NCBI RefSeq assembly: GCF_018350175.1
Contig: NC_058368.1
Span: 15,130,001 to 15,194,000, forward strand
Origin: Felis catus
Taxonomy: Eukaryota
Direction of reading: 5' to 3'
Length of the DNA stretch: 64,000 nt
Part shown: positions 24,958-37,380 of the stretch, one piece after another
How positions within the stretch are numbered: position 1 is the stretch's first letter
Layout: each line of letters starts with the position of its first letter
Notes under the pieces: generated by a model
Seen by the model: the letters and a program-made list of their open reading frames with translations, nothing else
What the model was told of the DNA's origin: nothing
Database searches by the model: none
Program-made: the position numbers and the translations under genes

Positions 24958-27098
24958 AGGGGTCATCAATTTTTTGACTGCTAATGAATCAAGGAACAGG
25001 ACTTCCACCATGCAATAGAGTTGACCGCAGGGATACGATAGAACTTTTTGATAAAGACTTTATAGTAACTTTTCCCAAGAGAGACTACCCTGTAACTCTT
25101 TCTCTGAGGGACACATATCCCCTAAATCTGTTGTTGTTGTTGTTGTTGTACTCAAAACATTACTGGGGAACTACCTATGGGACTATCTACCAGGAGCCAT
25201 AAAGTTCTGATAAAGAGTTCAGCTGAATTCTCAGCTTTGTATTCTAACTGGAGATTAATGAGGAAGCCTAGAGTGCCAAGTCAGAACCTGAAAAATAGCT
25301 ATTGCTCATCAGAGACAACACAGCCTAATTATCATTAGCTTTTAGTCATTTGGAATGCTTAAGATAGATTCTAGTCTGCTAGTGAGTGAATGGATACAGA
25401 TCTTTGCTCAATACACCAGAAAATTCTTGGAGGGAACATTAGGTAAGCACTAGGTTCTTCTGGTGGATGCAAATAGAAGAGGTTAGAAAATGTCCACTCA
25501 GCAACCCCCAAAGAAGTAAAAGTTCTGTGCTTTTTATTAGATCCCTGAAGAGCCCCCTGCTTTCTGGACAGGTACTAAGGAGCCATAGAATTCTACTATA
25601 GTTTTAGGAAGATACCAGAAGATTCACAACCTCTGTAACAGCACAGCTGAATAAGTGAAAACATATTGCACAACTTACCCTTGCCCTTATTTTCTTGAAA
25701 TGTACTAAGGTTAATTTCACAACAGACTTTGTTCTAATGAAACTTAGAGTTCCCTCTAAAGTTCCTGCTATCAAGGGAAGGGAAGAAAGGAACTAACACT
25801 TTATTGAGAGAAGTGCTTACGGTGTCAGGTATTATGCTATTGGCTTTATATATAACTCTAATAATACTTATGACAAGCTTGCAAGAGGGCTTAATTAACT
25901 CCATTTTACAGATGAGGAAATTAAGCCTCAGAGAAATGAAATAATTTCCTTAGTGTCCCATAGTCTGAATTTGAATCAGGGCAGTCTAATTCTAAAAGCC
26001 ATGTTTCTGGGTAAAGTGGGTTACACTGACTCCAACTGTCTAACCCCTGCTTTTTCACTACACTCATTTTCTCTCAGTATCCTATCTTCTCATTAGCATT
26101 TGCTTACCTTCTTTCCCCTTTGAATCAATAATGTGCTGGAACTTCGGACCATGTGCTTTGTCCTACCCTGCACCTGAAATTTCCTGGAGAACATTCTTCT
26201 GCTAAACATTCATTAAAACCTTCTTCTCCCTTAACTTCTGTAATGCCACCCTTTTCCAGCTCTCCCTTCTCCCTTTCTCAATATTTTTCCTTGTCAGTTA
26301 TCTTCACTGAATTGCCTCCTCAGCTAAAACCTTAAGTGTTAGTATTCCCTAAGATTCCATCCTCAATCCTACTTTTCAGACCATGTATTTCTTTCTGAAC
26401 AATCTCACTTTCATGACTTCAAATGACACTGATGACTCCATGATCTCTCTTTACGGAAAGACAACTTTCCATGGTCTAAAGTCATGTCCAGATGTTTACT
26501 GACCACTATCATCTATGTAACATACACAACACTAAACTCAATTCCTAACACTCCACCTAGTTCTGATTCCTTCTGTGTTGGTTCACTGTAGTCATTGTTC
26601 AAGCGAGAGCCCTTAATCATCCTCCAGTCCTCTCCCAGTCTCACCCCAGCATCCAAGTACTCATGAAATCCACATTCCTAAATATCTCTTAAATCTGTCA
26701 CGTTGGCTCCACCCCCATATATTACTGCCCAAGTTGAACAACTCACCCTCCCTCACCTGGACTGCTACAAAAGTATCCTAACTGGTTTCCCTGCCCCAAA
26801 TCTCACTGACCCTGGGAAAGCCTTTCTCCATGGGGGTAAAAGGCTTTTAAAATCTATATTAAATACTTCAAAAGCTTCCCATCACATATAAAAAGGTTCA
26901 CATGTATACAAAATCCTTTGTTATCGAGGGCCTGCTTATATTTCCAGTCGTATCTCCCATCACCTCTTGTATTTATTCCAGACCTACTGAACTAACTGTA
27001 GGCCTGAGATGTCTTTAGATTGATCCAGAGGGATTCTATCATTCTTTGAAAATATGCATATATCATGATCTAAAAATTTCACTCTATGTACACTAGAG

Positions 27099-27250
27099 CA
27101 GTGATTCTCAAACTTTGGTGTATATCTGAATTATCTGGAGTTAATGAAGAACTCAGAAATAGCAAGCTGGTTGAAGGATAGGGCTGGCCTTTGTATTTTT
27201 ATGAAGTTTCCTATGTGATTCTGTTACCTACCAAAGTTTGAGGACCACTG
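27099..27250. mobile_element. hAT-Charlie MITE (MER5-like)
   Basis: Terminal inverted repeats cagtgattctcaaactt / aagtttgaggaccactg. Confidence 0.75.
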
Positions 27251-27258
27251 GCCTAAAG

Positions 27259-27465
27259 CAAGGGCCAGCAAACTATAGCCTGAAGACCAAGTCCAGCCAT
27301 AGCCTGCTTTTATAAGTCAAGATTTGTTAGAATAAAACCCTACCTATTCATTTAGTTATTGTCTACAGCTCCTTTCACACTATAACGGCAGCAGCAAACA
27401 GAGATCATATGGCCTGCAGAGCTGAGAATATCATCTAGCCCTCTGTAGAAAAGTTAGCCAACTCT
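27259..27465. mobile_element. hAT-Charlie MITE (MER58A-like)
   Basis: caagggccagcaaactatagcc start and gaaaagttagccaac end, about 205 bp. Confidence 0.7.
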
Positions 27466-28274
27466 AGAGGAACACTTTACACTAGAAGACATGTATTAAG
27501 CATGTTCCCTGTGGCAATGTTTGTCATAGTGATATTTTGAAAAATCCACAATGTACATAAATAGGGGAACAAATGAAGATATATAGATATAAAGTGGAAT
27601 ACTATGTAGCAAAGAAAACTTATCAGATCCTTATGTATTAACATGGACAGAATTTTAAAAAAGCATGTGTGCAACATGGTATTTTTATATGAATTTTTAG
27701 ATACAATATCTGTAGAAAGGTATTTAAAAATAAATTGGAATGATATATACCAAATCCATGATAGTACTGTCCTATAAAGAGGAAGCAAAGGGAGAGAGAC
27801 AGGGAGAGAAACAAAAGGGTCCTCGACTCTATAGATTGTTTTCATTAAAATACTGAAATCAAAAAGTGACAAAAACTAAAGAGTTACTAATACTAGAATA
27901 TATTGGTTGTCAGATTATCCTCTGTGAGTTTTATTCTATTCAAAATTAAAACCACAAATAACCTAACATATTCAAATATAGGGAAAAGGAATTGAATATT
28001 AATAATCCAGTGCAATGGAAAATAACGTAGCTTTCAAAAATATACAGGAAGAAAATATAACATAAGAAAATCATTGGTTTAATTGTCCATGACTACTACA
28101 GGATACAAAATTATCCACAAAACAAGGTTAAAATCCTAAAATATATATTTTAGAAATGCTATCCTTATATTCTGGTTTCTTTTCGAATAAATCTTTTACC
28201 TTTTACTAAAAAAAAAGTATGTCCTTATTTTTTCCTTTTTTGGGGTTCATTTATTTACTGGGTTGTAATTTTTA

Positions 28275-28340
28275 TTTTTCTAATGTTTATTTTTGAGAGA
28301 GAGAGAGACAAAGCACAAATGGGGGAGGGGCAGAGAGAGA

Positions 28341-28379
<39 letters not shown>

Positions 28380-28505
28380 TCCAAAGCAGGCTCAAGGCTC
28401 CAAGCTGTCAGCACAGAGCCAAACGCCGGCCTGAACACAAGAACCATGAGATGATGTCCTGAGCTGAAGGTGGACGCTTAACCGACTGAGCCACCCAGGC
28501 GCCCC
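28275..28505 (-). mobile_element. CAN-SINE with internal (CA)n expansion
   Basis: TSD gggttgtaattttta; (CA)n at ~28342-28376 expands the consensus gagacacagaat. Confidence 0.88.
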
Positions 28506-28669
28506 GGGTTGTAATTTTTAATCAATATACATGCATGCAAAACTTTTTAAAAAGAGGCCAACAGTAGATATGTTTGACTTAATACTTATCTTTGTCTTTT
28601 ATTTTCTGAATAATTTTAAATGAATGCATACTACTTTAAAATGAATGGTATTCATTGAAAATGATCTTG

Positions 28670-29140
28670 TATGGCACATAGAGCTAATTGTATAACTGAT
28701 ACACATTCTCCCCTTCTTCCTACTACCATGCTCAGTAAAACACTAAATTTCTCAGTCTTCCTTCAAGATACAGGAGGCCACATGATGCAGTTCTAACCAA
28801 TGAGATGTAAGGGGAGATGTTGGGTGCAGCACGTTGGAAAATACTTTGAAAGAAAACAGACTTGACTGGCCTTCACCTTTGCCCTTTTCCCTTCATCTAC
28901 TTCTTTCTTTGAAAGAGAAGGTGAAGCAGGTGAGAAAGTGAAGTAGCCATCTTGTGACCATGCTGGACAAAAACCACTCATTAAAGGACCGAGTGGAGAG
29001 TCAAGAGTCTGGAGGAGCCATTATACCAACCCCAACTGCATCCCTCTAACACTTCCTGTTACATGAGAAAACAAAACCAAACACCTTACTGGTTTAAGCC
29101 TTTCTTTTACACACAACCAAATGTAACCCTTTACTGAAAT
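28670..29140 (+). mobile_element. Ancient ERVL/MaLR-class LTR (LTR33/MLT1J-like; subfamily uncertain)
   Basis: Motifs gttctaaccaatgagatgtaag, gccatcttgtgaccatg and ggtttaagcc are typical of these LTRs. Confidence 0.55.
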
Positions 29141-30931
29141 ATCTTGATAAAATTAAATTCTAACAAATTATACTGTTGAAAGGCACTTTAAAGATTACCT
29201 AATCTATATAGTACCTGCGGGTGAGAAAAATAATCTTCAAAAAGGTTGAGGTTGATCTTCAACCTTCAAAAAGGTTGATACCATTCTGTATCAGAACAAG
29301 GACCAGAACTTCATTCTCACTTAAGTGAATACTTTTTCTAGAATACTAAGATCAAGTCCACTTTTATGACCCAGTTTGTAAATTACTTACTTAATATTTT
29401 ATATATTTTTTTCTAAATGATAACATTTTTTTAAATGACATATATACTGGTCATAAATTAGTATTCATCCCTGTTTTGCCCATACACAAACTTGCAATTT
29501 GAAGTTAGTCAAAATTGGTATTCAAACTGACATCAGTTTCTTACATATGTCTGTATAGGTTACTCCTAAAGACTAAACAATCTACAACAAAGATTAAGAA
29601 TCAGTAAATTTATAAAAAGTGTTTCATTTCATATTCTATCCCTGCCCAAAAAACAATTTAAACCCTTTTCTCCAATTATCAACCTAATAGGAAACCAAAA
29701 ATGTCTGCATTTCATAGAGTATATATCTGAATTTCATAAATATTGTTTTTATATAAAGAATAAGACTTAATATATTCTCTTTTAACCTTGAATAAAAGAT
29801 TTTGTCATTGGATATCAGATTCTTGGATCCCAATGCATTTGCTCAGTAGTTGTCTACTTCTATCACCAGCTCCTTGGCTAGATTCCTAATCTGCTGCTGT
29901 TCAGACAAACTCCTCCCAGATTCCATGTGTAAGAAAATCTAAATACTCATGCATGCAGGGTATCTGCCCCCAAAATAGAGAGAACCAGCTCCTCAAGAGC
30001 TGCACTTTCATTATCTTTCCTTTCTGCTTGGTACATGGCCCTACTCTTGGTTCTTCTAAAATGTCTTCAGTCCTTTACTGAAAAGAAATAAAATTATCTG
30101 TCCCCAGAGCTAAACCTCTTAGAAGACCATATTTTTTTTCAAGATTAACACAAACTCATCAAAGGGAAGAAATGTATTTTTTGTCAACATGAGTATGTTA
30201 TGGAGTCTGAGGCACCAGTTAGAAAGCCAATCAAATGCTTCTTGGGTTGCTCTAGAGTACTGCACCATGGCACAGCAGCTCTTGTGGCCACTCTCCATAA
30301 GGCTGGCGATACCCAATTTCTTAAGCTAGTACTGAGGATAAATTATCAAGAAACAGGGAGCCAGAATATTTTATATTCTATATTCTATAGGTAGAATTAA
30401 ATTTCTATCTACAGTTAAGAAAGACAAGGCTTAAAATAGCCCTTGCAGCAATTTCTAAATACCACAAGATGGGGATATGACTCTATGGTAGGGGGAAAAA
30501 ATGTTATGTTCCTGACTTTCCAAGCCATAGTAATAAAGGTATTTCTGGGTTGAAAATAACGGAGGTGTACAAATTAGATTATTTCTTTCCTGAATCATTA
30601 TTTTAAAAAATACAAGATTTTTCTGTATTTTTCACTAAAGGTCTGCAGTTATTCAAAGAGCAATGTCCATAAATGCTCTGGTCCCCAGGACCTCTGTGAA
30701 TATAGCAGTCCCACTATTAAAAAACATGTTACTTCTGGTAAGTGGTATAGAACGGCTGTTGGCATAGTATGGTGTAGTCAAATGGGCATAAGTTTTTTTT
30801 AGAGGAAGAGAATTGACCTCCACATTTCCAGACTGTGTGATTTTGAGCAAATCAGTCATTTTTTTTGTTTTGTTTTGAGAGATAGAAGAGAGGGTGGCGG
30901 GAGAGGGGCAGAGGGAGAGGGGCAGAGGAGG

Positions 30932-30975
<44 letters not shown>

Positions 30976-31222
30976 CTTACGCTGGCTCCACACTCAGCAT
31001 GGAGCCTGATGCAGGGCTGGATCCCACGACCCTGGGATCATGTCCTGAACTGAAATCAAGAGTTGGACACTCAAATGACAGGTGCCCCTCACTTAGTCAT
31101 TTTAAGCTTAGTGTCACAGGTATTAAAAGGAATAATATTAAATTTTATCTCATGGAGTTATAATCCTGCCAATTTAGGTGAGTATTATATTTTCATTTTC
31201 ATATTATGTACCCTTGATTTTT

Positions 31223-31444
31223 TAAAAAAAATTTTTTTTTTCAACGTTTATTTATTTTTGGGACAGAGAGAGACAGAGCATGAACGGGGGAGGGGCAGAG
31301 AGAGAGGGAGACACAGAATTGGAAACAGGCTCCAGGCTCCAAGCCATCAGCCCAGAGCCTGACGCGGGGCTTGAACTCACGGACCGCGAGATCGTGACCT
31401 GGCTGAAGTCGGACGCTTAACCGACTGCGCCACCCAGGCTCCCC
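31223..31444 (-). mobile_element. Young felid SINE (SINEC_Fc)
   Basis: CpG-rich; TSD cccttgattttt. Confidence 0.92.
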
Positions 31445-31767
31445 CCCTTGATTTTTAATAATATTTCCATGTTTTTCTGAATATTCCTTAAGTAAAAATG
31501 CAGCATGAGTTATAAAGAAAAATCTATTTCCAAGCATGCTCTACACCCAGGAAAAGTCATGCATCAGATCTTCTCTACATTTTAAAGGATAAACATTTAA
31601 ATCAATGAAAAACAAATAAATGTTCTTTGTAAAATATAAAACATATGAATTTAAGTAATTTATCAGCAGGAAAGGATGTCATTAGGGCCGCCCAAAGAAA
31701 AAATAGGTAGATAAGCTCAATGAGGTTTCTTTCATGTTATAGGGTAATTTTGTGGGTTCTCTGTTGG

Positions 31768-31771
<4 letters not shown>

Positions 31772-31822
<51 letters not shown>

Positions 31823-31894
31823 TGTGTGTGTGTGTGTGTGTGAATGTGAATATATATGTGTGTATATCTATACATGTGTATATATATATATATA
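31772..31894. repeat. Compound (TA)n(TG)n microsatellite
   Basis: Directly visible. Confidence 0.95.
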
Positions 31895-32250
31895 TTCCAG
31901 AGGAAGTGGAATGCAAATGTTTTTATGTAGGTAAAGATTTGTATTTCTGTGTTTAATAGGCTCTTTTAGGTTACAGAATAAACACACTTGTGTTTCCACC
32001 CAGCCTGATTACTGAAATTCTTTTTCTTCCATTTTGGTTGTACCTGCAACCCTGCCCAGCTTTATAAGGTGGACATTAAGTTGAAGATTTTGCTACAGAA
32101 CTCCTTACTTCCTAGGAAGAGTTCCAATGAATAAAATACTTTATTTGTAACTTGATACAGTCTTTAAATGTTTGGGAGGATCTATTTTTTTAAAAAGTAC
32201 ATAATTTCTTTCCTTCAATTATTCTTCTTATTTAACCAGCTTTTACTCAC

Positions 32251-32291
32251 CACTGGCATTTTTTCATAGACACGGATAAAAGACAATCTAT
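32251..32291 (-). CDS. CCDC169: CCDC169 exon 4 (DRLSFIRVYEKMPV)
   Basis: ttgttgtag acceptor, GTGAGT donor; 41 nt; restores phase 0; matches the recalled DRLSSIRVYERMPV. Confidence 0.93.
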
Positions 32292-32334
32292 CTACAACAA
32301 AGCAAATATGAACAATTAATATTCTATCACTTTT

Positions 32335-32559
32335 TTTTTATATAATTTTTTTTCAACGTTTATTTATTTTTGGAACAGAGAGAGACAGAGCATGAACGGG
32401 GGGAGGGGCAGAGAGAGAGGGGGAGACACAGAATCGGAAACAGGCTCCAGGCTCCGAGCCATCAGCCCAGACCCTGACGCGGGGCTCGAACTCACGGACC
32501 GCGAGATCGTGACCTGGCTGAAGTCGGACGCTTAACCGACTGCGCCACCCAGGCGCCCC
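32335..32559 (-). mobile_element. Young felid SINE (SINEC_Fc) inside the short CCDC169 intron 3
   Basis: CpGs intact; TSD ctatcactttt at 32324-32334 and 32561-32571. Confidence 0.93.
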
Positions 32560-32577
32560 ACTATCACTTTTAAATCA

Positions 32578-32748
<171 letters not shown>

Positions 32749-32859
32749 TCAAGATCACTTTGCCACCTCTCATTTATTCATTACACCACCATTAATTGGC
32801 TCAATCTTACTGTACTTGACTTTGTTAGCAATATAGACGAACTAGAGTGACTAACTTTT

Positions 32860-33446
32860 TTTTTAATGTTTTAATTTATTTTTGAAAGAGAGAGAAAGAC
32901 AGAGCATGAACAGGAGAGGGGCAGAGAGAGGGGAGACACAGAATCTGAAGCAGGCTCCAGGCTCTGAGCTGTCAGCACACAGCTGGATGCAGGGCTTGAA
33001 CTCACAAACCATGAGATCATGACCTGAGCCGAAGTCTTAACCAAATGAGCCACCCAGGTGCCCCTGATTAAATTACTTAAAAAAAATATTTTACATCCTT
33101 CTTATAAACCTGAACTGCAATTCATAGATATTATAATCTACCAACACATCTAAGTCAATATAACAACTTAATTCTAATATAATATAAAGACAGGTAATAT
33201 TTTTTTTAAGATTTGGGGGTTTTCATTTTGTTTATTTTTTATTATTTTTTTAACTGTTTCTTTAATTTTGAGAAAGAGAGCGCGCGAGCAAGGAAGGGGC
33301 AGAGAGAGAGGGAGACACAGAATCTGAAGCAGGCTCTAGGCTCTGAGCTGTCAGCTCAGCTTGAGCAGAGCTCGAGCTTGTGAATCACAAGATCATGACC
33401 TGAGCCAAAGTCGGACACTTAACCAACTGAGTCACCCAGGTGCCCC
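32860..33446 (-). mobile_element. Two CAN-SINEs (32860-33064 and ~33200-33446) with an AT-rich spacer, bracketed by one TSD
   Basis: ctagagtga-ctaactttt (32842-32859) vs ctagagtgaactaatttt (33446-33463). Confidence 0.8.
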
Positions 33447-35133
33447 TAGAGTGAACTAATTTTTAAGTATGCATTTCTCTGTTATGTAGGATCTTTCAGA
33501 TTGCAGACAGTAGATTCACAGTCGGATTACCACCCAGCCAGACTTCACTAGGACTAATGTGATTCCTGGTCTTCTCACTCCCTAACCCCTTTGTCCTTTA
33601 GTTCCTCATGTATCCTTATACGGAATTCTATTAGACGGACTATCAGGAAAATGTTTCTTTCATAGGAACTTGAAATATCCATACATAACAGCATAAATAA
33701 TACTGACCCTCCATCCAATGTCATGTTCATTTTCTTTCCTTTGCAAACAAATTCTGAAGACTGTTTGCTATGTATAAAGTACACAATGCCTTACATGTAT
33801 TAAGTAACTATTCCTCATTTTAAAAAACTTAGTTACCTATTATACAGGTGAAGAAACCAAGGGTCAGAGATGTCAAACAACATTCTTAAGATGACAAAGC
33901 TAATAGGTGAGGGAACTGGGTTTTATCTGACTTGAAAGTGTACCCTCTTTTTTGGAGAGAGAGCAAGCAAGCGGGGGAGGGGTAGAGGGAGAGAGAATCC
34001 TAAGCAGGCTCCACATCCAGGACAGATCCCGACGTGGAGCTTGATCTCATGACCATGAGATTATGACCTGGGCCAAAATCAAGAGTCAGACACTTAACTG
34101 ACTGAGCCACTCAGGTACCCCAAAAGTGTATCTTGTTAACTGCTATGCAAATACATGTAGCTGCCTATTCAGGCATCTTCTCTTGTCTGTAAACAGGTTT
34201 CCTTCACCAAACCCCTTTGGCGATTAAGGCCAAAACATTTGTCTTATTGCTACAGGAGAGGAGGAGAATACAGCCTAGAATTTAAACATCTTTGGTTGGC
34301 TTCAGGGCCCAAAGCTAATTTTATTTTATCTTTAAAGTCACACTTTATATACAGAAAAAAAGATAGCTTGCTTCTAAACTTTAAATGCGCTTTACATTTA
34401 TGAGGCAATTTCTGCTCCATAATAGTTGACAGAGGAGTCTAAGCAGAAAGAGTAGTAGCACATGCTACTGGCCTCAACTTTCTCAACCCAGCCACACATG
34501 TCTCCCTTAGCCCCCTCATCTCTAGCAAATCACCCTCCCAAACTGAAGTTGAAAGTCATTAGTCCAAATGCGCTAGGGAACAAGAAAAGAGAAGCCTGAA
34601 GAGAAGCCTGAAAGAGAAGAGAGACTGAACATTTATCCAAAAGATACCAGAGTCCAAATAGATGGGAGTTATCTGTATAACCGACTAGCTGAAGTCTCTC
34701 TTTGTTGGGACCCCTTTTCCCACCATGGGAATGGGGACTTCAGAGCAAAATCAGAACAGTTACTGAAACATTAAGAACGTAAGTCATTTTGAACACATCT
34801 GACTATAGTTTATAAATGTTTGCCTCCACTTTAAAAATATTACTGATCTAGAGATCCTCAAATACAAGTAAACCTAATAGTATACTATCATGTATTAATG
34901 TTAATAAGTGCAACGCCTTGGAGGTAATGATGTCAATGTTCACATCCCCCAGTGTGGGAAACTGACCTCAAACATACACTCAAACGTGTAACTCCTTCAG
35001 TATATACAGATGGCTCTGCATTGTAGGGGACAAAAGACAGAGTAAGCATACTGACTGTTGAATTAAAGGAGAAAATTGTAAAACAGTAGTGTCTATTAAA
35101 AAAGGAGAAAAAATAGTCTTGATGCTACTGTAG

Positions 35134-35380
35134 TAGGGTCACATTGGGACTTTCATGGGACCTTGACCCTTGTTGCCTTAGTGGGCCTCTTCCTCCATTA
35201 AAAAAAAATATTAAAAATTCTATTTTACTACTATGTTGGTATAAAGACAAACATAATCCAGACTGGATCATATTCATTTTTTTCTTCTGATTTTAAAATA
35301 AAATATCTCATTGGCCTCTAAAAGTAACATCAAGGGACCTTAATAATGTCCCGACTGTGCCTAATGGATAAGTCAGCCAG
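35134..35380 (-). mobile_element. hAT-Tip100 non-autonomous DNA transposon (ORSL-like)
   Basis: Reverse complement starts ctggctgacttatccattaggcacag and contains ttttaaaatcagaagaaaaaaatgaat, as in the recalled consensus. Confidence 0.5.
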
Positions 35381-36224
35381 AGCAGATATGAAAGCAAGCT
35401 TGGCTAGTTCTAGGTCAACTTCTTAATAGAGTACAAATTAATCTGTTCAGAGCAAAGAATACTCTGTTCTTAAGCTGTCTAGACTATTGGGTAATCACTG
35501 GGACTGATGTCCAGAGTTAATTTGGAATAACCTTTGTTTGATATTTTTGCAATGAGTTCATATCTAAATCTAATCTATCCTGCCTGCACTAATTACTGCC
35601 ACTTTGCCAAAGTTGACCTGAGAGTGTATTCATTGCTGTTTTGATCTTGCTATGAGGAAGAAGACACATAAAACAGGAGAATCTATTTTAGAAAAATCTT
35701 AAGATGTATAAACTAACTGAGCCCAACTGATCAGTTTCTGTTGTTGAACTGACAGGAAAAGACAAGACAGATCTATCAAACAGTTAAATAAAACATTGAT
35801 TTATTCCAGGTAAATTATGTCCCTAACCCTGGGAAGACAATGTGTATATTATTAATAATTCATTAATTAATAATCAATTAACATTCAAGTGCATAAAAAT
35901 GAGGACTATATAACTTACCAAAACCTGCAGCCATCACTGATTTACATGGCTAATACAAAAATGTGTTATAATTTTTGATTCCTTAACAAGTGGATGGAGG
36001 CCCACAAAACTGGAGATTAATAAAATTGTTTACTTTTCACAAAACAGCATTGGCTCTCACAAATCACATCAACTTCCTACTTATCAAGTGTTTCCTTTTT
36101 TGAAAAAGGACCACACTAATTATTTCTTTCCCTACCACACTTTCTTCTGTGATAACCCAAAAGTACCCAAAATATTAAGGTTTACAATTTTTGCATAATT
36201 CTTTATCCATCTTTATTTATCATT

Positions 36225-37380
36225 TAAAAAAATTTTGTTAATGTTTATTTATTTTTGAGAGAGATAGAAACAGAGTGTGAGCGAGGGAGGGGTAGAGAGA
36301 GGGAGACACAGAATCTGATGTAGGCTCCAGGCTCTGAGCTGTCAGCACAGAGCCCAATGCGGGGCTTGAACTCACGAACCGGTAGATCATGACCTAAGCC
36401 GAAGTCAGACGCTCAAGCCACTGAGCCACCCAGGCGCCCCATCCATCTTTAAAATGCAATAATGTTTAAAGTATGTTTTCAACAGGGAAGAAGAGTGGCA
36501 GTAAAAAATAGCAAGTTTTTCAGGGCGTTTGAGTGGCTCAGTCAGTTGAGTGTCCAACTCTTGATTTCAGCTCAGGTCATGGGATCGAGCCCTGTGTCGA
36601 GCTCTGCACTGAGTCTGTAGCGTGCTTGAGATTCTCCCTCACTCTCTCTCTCTTCTTCTCTCTCTCCCTCTGTCCTTCTCTCCCACTCACTCTCTCTCTC
36701 AAAAATATTTTAGATAAAAAAATAAAATACAATTTAAAAAAATAGCAAGTTTTTTTTAATAGTCTTGATACTAAGGGAAGTTAAGGACATCTGAAACTAA
36801 CCCAAATAAGAGATGTAGTGCTATCTTTGAGACAGCCACAATAAACTCGACATCAAAATAGACACTTCCTGATCTTGAGCACAACAGCAGCCAATGTATC
36901 AAGGCCTACAATACACTTATAATACACCAGTATTTAAAATACAGACTGGGGCGCCTAGGTGGCTCAGTCAGTTGGGTGTCCAACTTTGGCTTAGGTCATG
37001 AGTTCAAGCCCCATGTCAGGCTCTGTGCTGAGAGCTCAGAGCCTGGAGACTGCTTTGGATTCTGTGTCTCCCTCTCTCTCTGTCCCACCCCCACTCCCTC
37101 TCTGTCTCTCTCCCCCCCACCTCAAAAATAAACATTTAAAAAAAAATAAAATACAGACGATGAGGGGCACCTGGGTGGCTCAGTCGGTTAAGCCTCTGTC
37201 TTCAGCTCAAGTCATGATCTCATGGTTCATAAGTTCAAGCCACTCACTGAGCTCTCTGCTGTCAGCACAGAGCCTGCTTTGGATCCCCTGTCTCCCTCTC
37301 TTTCTGCCCCTCCCCTGCTTGCACTCTCTCTCTCTCTCTCTCTATTAATTAATTAATTAAAAAATACAAAAATAAAATAA
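36225..37380. mobile_element. Cluster of four CAN-SINEs (36225-36440 -, 36522-36740 +, 36948-37146 +, 37164-37377 +)
   Basis: Each has a head, (CT)n and tail; TSDs atccatcttta, aaaaaatagcaagttttt and taaaatacagac. Confidence 0.9.

Noticed and set aside
29787..30077. Possible cryptic or poison exon (strong ttttatttcttttcag acceptor, immediate TAA)
   Set aside because: The donor (AAG|GTTAAA) is weak and such acceptor-like strings are common in AT-rich introns. No other support.
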